Shown here piece after piece: positions 25,517 through 31,841 of a stretch of DNA of 31,841 bases. Source of the DNA: Armatimonadia bacterium (GTDB lineage: Bacteria > Armatimonadota > Zipacnadia > Zipacnadales > UBA11051); the NCBI GenBank assembly GCA_039683575.1, contig JBDKRC010000246.1:1-31841 (forward strand), written 5' to 3'. How positions within the stretch are numbered: position 1 is the stretch's first letter; every line of letters begins with the position of its first letter. The notes below the pieces were generated by a model. It was not told the origin of the DNA. It searched no databases and saw only the letters and a list, made by a program, of their open reading frames with translations. The position numbers and the translations under genes are program-made.

Positions 25517-26542
25517 ATGGGGCTCTGGAAATCAATCAAGAAGGCCGTCAAAGGCGTTGGCAAGTCCGTCAAAAAGAACTGGAAGACCATCCTTGGCGTT
25601 GCCGCTGCGGTTGCCATTCCGTTCGCTGCCCCCGCCATCGGCGGGCTGCTTGCCGGTAGCGCCTTCCTGTCGAGCGTGGCTCCGGGCGTAGCCGCGTTTC
25701 TAGGAAGTGGTCTCGGGAGCGCCGCCATCGGCGCAGGTCTCGGCGGTCTGGCTGCCGGTGCAACCGGGCAGAACCCGCTTCTCGGTGCCGCCCTTGGCGG
25801 TCTGGGTGGTTATGCCGGTGCGGCGGCGGGCCTTGGGAATATGTTTGGCGGTATTGGCAGCGGTGCTGCCGGTGCTGCGGCCCCTGCCGGGGCGTCTTTC
25901 GTTCCTGCCACGGGTGGTATCCTCGACATCGGTGGTGCCACGGTCAACGCGGCGACCGGTCTGGCCGCTGGCGGCGCAGCCGCTGCCCCCGCTGGTATTT
26001 CGATAGGCTCCATCGCCACCAAGCTGGCAACCAACCCGCAGTCCCTTGGCGCTCTCGCCCAGCTTGCCACCGTGATGTTCAACAAGGACATGACGGAACT
26101 GACGCCGGAAGAAGAAGCCCAGCTTCAGGAGGTCGCGGCGCAGGCGGCGACCAACCGCGCGCTGTTTGAGCAGAAGGTAACAGAGGCCCGCAAGGTCGTT
26201 CAGGCGGGCACGCCCAATCCCGAGCAGGCATACGCCAACGCCCGCATGCAGGCCGAAGCCCAGTCCGACGAGCAGATACGCGGCATGCCCGCTGGTTTGC
26301 AGGAAGCTGCCGACCGCAAGGTCGCCATCGAAGGGGCCAAGCTGGGCACGCAGGGTGCCGCCGTGGATTACGTGCAGGCGATGAACACCCGGCAGGTCGG
26401 GCTCAACATGATGCCCGATGAAGCGCCGACTGGTTACAACCAGCTTGCCATGCCGACCTACAATTCGCTCTACGAGCGGCAGAACGACTACAACGAACAG
26501 ATGAGCAAGGCCGTGGGCAACCTGTTCGGTTCTCTGGCGTAA
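25517..26542 (+). CDS. DNA ejection/pilot protein
   Basis: Basic amphipathic N-terminus (GLWKSIKKAVKGVGK), long Gly/Ala hydrophobic tract, Gln-rich C-half. Confidence 0.7.
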   Translation: MGLWKSIKKAVKGVGKSVKKNWKTILGVAAAVAIPFAAPAIGGLLAGSAFLSSVAPGVAAFLGSGLGSAAIGAGLGGLAAGATGQNPLLGAALGGLGGYAGAAAGLGNMFGGIGSGAAGAAAPAGASFVPATGGILDIGGATVNAATGLAAGGAAAAPAGISIGSIATKLATNPQSLGALAQLATVMFNKDMTELTPEEEAQLQEVAAQAATNRALFEQKVTEARKVVQAGTPNPEQAYANARMQAEAQSDEQIRGMPAGLQEAADRKVAIEGAKLGTQGAAVDYVQAMNTRQVGLNMMPDEAPTGYNQLAMPTYNSLYERQNDYNEQMSKAVGNLFGSLA

Positions 26543-26553
26543 AGGGGGCGTAG

Positions 26554-28881
26554 ATGGCCGCACCGCAGCAGTATTCCGGCAAGGGCTTTATCCTTGGCGG
26601 CGTCACTGACGACACACCCGATTGGCTGGGCTCGTATAACGAGGGCGTTCAGGGCGCGCAGCAGCAGACCCAGAACCGACTGAACCAGCAGGAAAGCAAG
26701 CAGCGGATGGCGCAGAACGCTGCGGCGGAAGCCCGGCGTGCGACCGAGTTCGACTGGCAGTCACAGGACCGTGCCCGCACGGAAGCCGCTTGGACCGACC
26801 AGCAGGGACTGCCCGGCCTTCAGACACCGCAGGGACCGGCACTTGGTCCAATGGACCCCATGGTCCTCCCGGCTCCCATCGCGCCCAGCCCCGGCCTCAT
26901 GGAGGACGCCACTCCTGCCGCGCCCGGCAACAACGGCGCGATCACGCGCGAGCAGTTCATCCAGCTTCTGCCTGAGTGGGCGCGCATTGAGCAGGCCGAA
27001 GGTCTGCCGCCGAACTATCTCGAAACCATCTCCATGCTGGAAAGCTCCGGTGGCACCAACACCGGCAGCGGCAACAAGTACACCGGCATCTTTCAGGTCG
27101 GCCCCGAAGTCGCCGCCGACTTCGGCGTAACCCCCGAACAGCTTCGTGATCCGCGCATCAATGCGCAGGTGGCAGCCAAGCTGGCCGCTCGCAACGCCAA
27201 GCTACTGCGGGCGCGTCTGAACCGCGAGCCGCAGCCGTGGGAGCTTTATCTGGCGCACCAGCAGGGCGCTGGCGGCGCTACCTTGCTTTTGCAGAACCCC
27301 GACCGCAATGCGGTAGATGTATTAACGGCTGCTTATAGCAACGACCGCACGCGAGCGCAGCAGGCTGTAATCCAGAACGGCGGCGACCCTCGCATGACCG
27401 CTGGTGAGTTCGCCCAGCTTTGGGCCAGCAAGTTTGGCGGTGCCCGCCCGCAGCCGTTCACCGGCCAGCCCGGTGTGCAGACGGATGGACAGGTTCCCTT
27501 CACACGCGATCCGAACCGGTCGGACCTTGCCAACGACTTCGGCGCGGCCAGCGCCCAGACGGATGCCGACTTCGCCATCGGCACCATCATCAAATCGCTC
27601 ACGGACTTCAGTGGCGGCGGCGGTCGTACCAACGCGTTCCAGCAGGGGCTGGCCTACGCCTTTGGTGAGAGCGGCGAAGCCGGTAACATGATGGCTGCCA
27701 ACGAGCAGGCAGAGGCCGCTCGCTCGTGGTATATGTCGTTCGACACGCAGGCTTGGCTGCGCAGCAACCCACAACTTATTGCTCAGGCCCAGTCCGACCC
27801 CATCGCGGTCTATAACCAGTACAAGGATCAGGTCGCCCCGGCTGCGCCCGAAGCAGCCAAGGGTGATCTCCCCGCTGGCGTGCAGGAAACCATGCCCGCT
27901 GCGCCCGCTCCCGCGCCCGCTGCTCCTGCCCCCACGCCTGAGCCCGGTATCGCCCCGCCCGCGAGCGACGAAGCGTTTGTGACCGCCGCGCAGAGCATCG
28001 GTACGGATATCGTCCCGGCTGTCAGCAATGCTGACTTCGCGGGCGTAACCGCGCCCGGCATCGGCACCATCGCCCAGCAGATCATGCGTGCGCCGCCCGG
28101 CCAGCAGGCAGCCCTGCCGGACAGCGGGCTCTACATTGCCGAGCCTGCCAAGATCAGCGCCGACCTCAACGAACTGATGACCGCCCGGCAGATGCTGGAG
28201 CGCCGCTACAATGACGCCATGCGCTTCCGCGACCGGCAGACGATGCTCGACATCGAAAGCAAGGTCATAGAAGTCGACGCGGCCACCCGCCTGCTCCAGA
28301 ACATGCAGTCCATCGCGGCACTGGAGGGCGGCGACACGAACCAGATTTCGCAGACGCTCTCCCGTCTCACGGGGGGCCAGACGCGCATTCAGGAGGTTCA
28401 GCCCGGTGGCACGTTCAACATCTACCAGAACGGCCAGCTTGCCTATCAGAACGTACCCAAGCAGGCGCTCATCGCCTCGCTGCGCTCGCAGTTCGACCAG
28501 CAGTACCAGCAGATGATCAGCGCCCGCGCCAAGCAGGCCGATGCCATTGAGATGGAGCAGGTCAAGCAGGCTGGCCAGACCAACATGGAAGTGGTCAAGC
28601 GGCAGGCCGACACGTACAAGGAACTGGCGATCAAGCGCGCCGAGCAGCAGTACAACTCCGACCCGCGCAATGCCGAGTACAGTGCGTCCACCCAGACCGG
28701 ACCCGATGGCTCCCCGATCCTGTTCCTCACACCCAAGCGCGGCGGGCTCCCGCCGCAAATCTGGCAGCTTGTGCCTGATCTCGGTGTCGATGGTCAGCCG
28801 CTTGCCGGGCCGGACGGCAACCCCAAACTTAGCTGGAAGCAGCAATCAACCGGTGGTAACAACACAGTACCGGTGCAGTAA
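26554..28881 (+). CDS. internal virion protein with SLT lytic transglycosylase domain
   Basis: GLPPNYLETISMLESSG (catalytic Glu), GIFQV, DPRIN, YLAHQQGAGGA. Confidence 0.8.
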   Translation: MAAPQQYSGKGFILGGVTDDTPDWLGSYNEGVQGAQQQTQNRLNQQESKQRMAQNAAAEARRATEFDWQSQDRARTEAAWTDQQGLPGLQTPQGPALGPMDPMVLPAPIAPSPGLMEDATPAAPGNNGAITREQFIQLLPEWARIEQAEGLPPNYLETISMLESSGGTNTGSGNKYTGIFQVGPEVAADFGVTPEQLRDPRINAQVAAKLAARNAKLLRARLNREPQPWELYLAHQQGAGGATLLLQNPDRNAVDVLTAAYSNDRTRAQQAVIQNGGDPRMTAGEFAQLWASKFGGARPQPFTGQPGVQTDGQVPFTRDPNRSDLANDFGAASAQTDADFAIGTIIKSLTDFSGGGGRTNAFQQGLAYAFGESGEAGNMMAANEQAEAARSWYMSFDTQAWLRSNPQLIAQAQSDPIAVYNQYKDQVAPAAPEAAKGDLPAGVQETMPAAPAPAPAAPAPTPEPGIAPPASDEAFVTAAQSIGTDIVPAVSNADFAGVTAPGIGTIAQQIMRAPPGQQAALPDSGLYIAEPAKISADLNELMTARQMLERRYNDAMRFRDRQTMLDIESKVIEVDAATRLLQNMQSIAALEGGDTNQISQTLSRLTGGQTRIQEVQPGGTFNIYQNGQLAYQNVPKQALIASLRSQFDQQYQQMISARAKQADAIEMEQVKQAGQTNMEVVKRQADTYKELAIKRAEQQYNSDPRNAEYSASTQTGPDGSPILFLTPKRGGLPPQIWQLVPDLGVDGQPLAGPDGNPKLSWKQQSTGGNNTVPVQ

Positions 28882-28890
28882 GAGGGCGAC

Positions 28891-31841
28891 ATGGTTGGAC
28901 TGAAAGAACTCGACCAGTTTGACTACGGCGTTCAGTACCAGCGTGGCCAGCCGAGCGTAACGCAGGTTTCCGGTCTTGCCGGGCTGGCATCGCCCGCCAC
29001 CGTCAATATCTCCAACGCCACGCAGAACTCGCTCAACGACATGCGCCGTCTGGGCGAGATGCCTGTGGCACCGCCCCCGCTGCCGTCCGCGCAGCCGCAA
29101 GGGCCGGTCCTCGCCATCAGCCGTTCGACGGGTAAAATCTGGGCCAACGGCAAGCTGTTCACCAGCGACGATGCGCAGGGCGCGGTCGAGAGCGAACCGT
29201 TTGTAAATTCGGCACCCGTGCCTGCACCCGCCGCTGAAGCCAGCGACTGGGAGCCGCTGTCGATGGAAGCCTATTCGCAGCACCTCCAGAAGATCAAGAA
29301 CCCCGGCCTTGGCACGCTGGCGTCCAAGAACTTCGGCATCGGCGTTGATAACATGCAGATGCTTGCCGGTTACGGCATGCAGTTCCTTGGCGCGGAGGAG
29401 ACCGGGCAGGCTGTCGTCCAGCAGCAGCTTCAGGACATCAACAAGAACGCGCCGTACCAGCGCAATTTCGAGGACGTTGGCTCCAGCCCGGAGCGTGGCT
29501 ACCTCGACTGGTTCGTTGCCAACCTCGCCCAGCAGGGTCCGAACCTCGTCGAAAGCGTTGTCACGGCTGCCGTTGGTGCAGGCGCTGGTGCCCTCGCGGG
29601 TGGCGGTCCCAACCCGGCCACTGCCGCAGGCGGTGTGCTGACCGCACTTGTCGGCAAGCAGGCGTTCAAGCAGGCACTGCTCAGCGCCGCCAAGAAGTAC
29701 ACGGCGGGCGAAGCCCTCGACGCCGCCGAGAGCAAACTGCTGCGCGAAGCCGCTGGCCTGACTGCCGCCGCGCGCAAGGAACTGTTCGATAAGGTCGGCA
29801 CCATGTCGACCAATACGGCGGGGGTCACTACGCGCTTCGGCGCTGATGACGCGGTTAGCGCCGCGAACACTATCGTCGGTACAGGTGCCACGAACATACT
29901 GACTGCTGGCAAATCTCAGGCCATGCTGGGCGGTGCCGCGCTTGCGTCCGGCCTTCAGAACTACGCCACGGGTGTCTCTGACCTGTACGGTGAAAGCGTC
30001 GAAGGCGGCGATCCCAGCCGTGGGCTGGCTGCCCTTGGTGGTATCCCGTACGCCGCGCTCGAAACTGTGCCCGAGTACATCGCGGCCATGCGCATCTTCA
30101 AGGGCATCGGCGCACGCACCACCGCGCTGGCTGGCAAGAGCAAGCTGGGCAAGGCCGGTGAAATCGGCGCTCGTGTGGGTATTGGCGCTGGCGCTGGTGC
30201 GGCTATCGAAGGCAGCACGGAGGTCGGTCAGGAACTGCTGGGCATCGGGATGAACGATGCTGTCGACGCCGACAGCCCGGAGGGCATGTCCCGCATCCTC
30301 AACGCCTTCGCCGCTGGCGCTGCCATCGGCGGCTTCATCGGAGCCGGGTCCAACCTCAACACTGGCAAGCCCCACGATGTCCTGTCTGGCGGCACCAAGC
30401 CTGCCGACATGGGCGACACCACGCTGACCGGCGAGATCATCCCGCCAGACAGGCCGCGCAGCCCCATCGGCCCTGACGGTTCTGTTGCCGCACTGCCGCC
30501 GCCTTCGGCTCCCGCCCTTGGCGGTTCTGCGATCCCCATGCCCGATCAGTCGGCTGCCGCCCCGACCGGCGGTGTGAGCCCCCAGACAGTAGTGCCTCCG
30601 GGGGTAGGTCAGACACAGCAGAATATGTTTTCGCAGCAGCCTGCCCAGCAGGCGCTGCCCCCTGCCACAACGATCTACAACCCGGCACCTGCGCCGAGCC
30701 CCATGCTCACCGGGCCGGAAATTCCGCAGCGCCCTGCGCCGTCCACCACGCCGTCGGTCATCCCCATGGGTGGTCCTGCCGCTGGCTCCGCGCTTCAGCA
30801 AGCAGCCGAAGGCACGCTGACTGGTGGCATCCCCGCTGGCCCGCTGGCCAACCGCTTGCAGCAGCAGGCGGCAGAGGCGCGTGCGCGTGCCACCCAGCAG
30901 GCCGAGCGCAATCGCATCACGGCGCAGCAGGATCAGGTTGCCGCAACCAGTGGCTCCGCACTGGCCCAGATCGGTCGTGGCGAGATGGTTCCGCCTATCG
31001 ACCAGCCGGGCGGTCGCGTCTCCATGGGTGGCGAAGCCACCGGCCAGATGGTCGAGCCCATGACGGGCAAGGCCAAGCTGAAGCGCCGCAAGAAGGGTCA
31101 GCCGCTTATCGAAGGAGCGCCCGTTGCCACGCAGCCCCAGCCCGAACCCGGACCAGTTCAAGCGGCAGAGCCAGCAGCAGCGCCAAAGGGCGCGGCTCTT
31201 AAGCGAGGTAAAGCGCCGGAAGTCGCTAAAGGCGCAGCGCCGGAAGCCGAAGTAAGCGCCGCCCCGGTCCATGACCGGTACATCGCGGAAGTCGATGACG
31301 CCCTGCTGAACCTTGAGAGCAAGGGCAAGCTCAAGGGTATCATCAAGCGCGCCATCCTCGCTGGTGTCATGACGCAGAAGCAGGCCGATGGTCTGGACTA
31401 TCTGTTCAAGGACCGGGACACCAGCGTGGAGGACATCGCGCCGGACCTGTCCAGCATCATCGAAGCCAACAAGCCGAAGGCCAACAAGCTGAAGCGTGGC
31501 AAGGCTACCGAGCAGGGCAAGGAAGTCGTGCCGACCGAGGTGAAGACCGAGGTGGTGCCTGACAAGAAGGAACCGCCGAAGCTCAAGGAGCGCCAGCGCC
31601 TACCGAAGCTGGACCTCGCAGCAAAGGACGAGCCAAGCCCAAAAGCGGAAGGGGCCGCAGCCGCCCCCGCGCAAAAGGCTGAACCCGGCACCGCCCTCGC
31701 ACTGGTTGACGACAAGAAGACCCACTTCGTTGACCCGGAGATCGAAGCGTATTTGAACGCCAAGCGCAGGCGCGAGCTTGCCGACGAAGCGGATTTCGAG
31801 ACCTCCGACGAGGATATGGTTCAGGATATGATCGACGTTGT
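28891..31841 (+). CDS. large internal virion/ejection protein, 3' truncated (at least 983 aa)
   Basis: GAGGG SD, ATG 28891 (MVGLKELDQFDYG...); frame appears open to window end; Gly/Ala hydrophobic segments then Pro/Ala/Lys-rich linker; missing from ORF track. Confidence 0.8.
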   Translation, partial: MVGLKELDQFDYGVQYQRGQPSVTQVSGLAGLASPATVNISNATQNSLNDMRRLGEMPVAPPPLPSAQPQGPVLAISRSTGKIWANGKLFTSDDAQGAVESEPFVNSAPVPAPAAEASDWEPLSMEAYSQHLQKIKNPGLGTLASKNFGIGVDNMQMLAGYGMQFLGAEETGQAVVQQQLQDINKNAPYQRNFEDVGSSPERGYLDWFVANLAQQGPNLVESVVTAAVGAGAGALAGGGPNPATAAGGVLTALVGKQAFKQALLSAAKKYTAGEALDAAESKLLREAAGLTAAARKELFDKVGTMSTNTAGVTTRFGADDAVSAANTIVGTGATNILTAGKSQAMLGGAALASGLQNYATGVSDLYGESVEGGDPSRGLAALGGIPYAALETVPEYIAAMRIFKGIGARTTALAGKSKLGKAGEIGARVGIGAGAGAAIEGSTEVGQELLGIGMNDAVDADSPEGMSRILNAFAAGAAIGGFIGAGSNLNTGKPHDVLSGGTKPADMGDTTLTGEIIPPDRPRSPIGPDGSVAALPPPSAPALGGSAIPMPDQSAAAPTGGVSPQTVVPPGVGQTQQNMFSQQPAQQALPPATTIYNPAPAPSPMLTGPEIPQRPAPSTTPSVIPMGGPAAGSALQQAAEGTLTGGIPAGPLANRLQQQAAEARARATQQAERNRITAQQDQVAATSGSALAQIGRGEMVPPIDQPGGRVSMGGEATGQMVEPMTGKAKLKRRKKGQPLIEGAPVATQPQPEPGPVQAAEPAAAPKGAALKRGKAPEVAKGAAPEAEVSAAPVHDRYIAEVDDALLNLESKGKLKGIIKRAILAGVMTQKQADGLDYLFKDRDTSVEDIAPDLSSIIEANKPKANKLKRGKATEQGKEVVPTEVKTEVVPDKKEPPKLKERQRLPKLDLAAKDEPSPKAEGAAAAPAQKAEPGTALALVDDKKTHFVDPEIEAYLNAKRRRELADEADFETSDEDMVQDMIDV

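Noticed and set aside
28846-31272. 808-aa minus-strand ORF, and similar long antisense ORFs (12820-14202, 27322-28845, 20486-21670, 1748-2665)
   Set aside because: Shadow frames of GC-rich plus-strand genes; no motifs or SDs, and fully overlapped by well-supported genes
1-31841. Amber (TAG) stop-codon reassignment
   Set aside because: Conserved genes are intact under code 11, several TAGs form part of the next SD, and in-frame junctions also occur after TAA and TGA

Overview
Late (packaging, morphogenesis, lysis) half of a GC-rich, short-tailed (podovirus-like) dsDNA phage, almost all on the + strand. Order: start of a leftward gene and a divergent promoter region (1-400), HNH endonuclease, putative TerS, two small ORFs, TerL, a promoter/terminator-bounded candidate anti-Shine-Dalgarno small RNA, three tiny basic proteins, an ~7 kb block of fibre/lectin/beta-propeller accessory virion genes, a lysis cassette (membrane protein, T7-type amidase, holin), portal, scaffold, major capsid, decoration/fibre genes, two adaptors, collar-domain tail fibre, nozzle, and ejection (internal virion) proteins including an SLT transglycosylase and a large ORF running off the right end. 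Apparent avoidance of GANTC, RGATCY, SAGCTS and CTGCAG plus the CUCCUCCC sRNA motif point to an alphaproteobacterial host (inference). No tRNA, CRISPR array, integrase or reverse transcriptase was seen. All family calls come from motif recognition by eye, not database searches.
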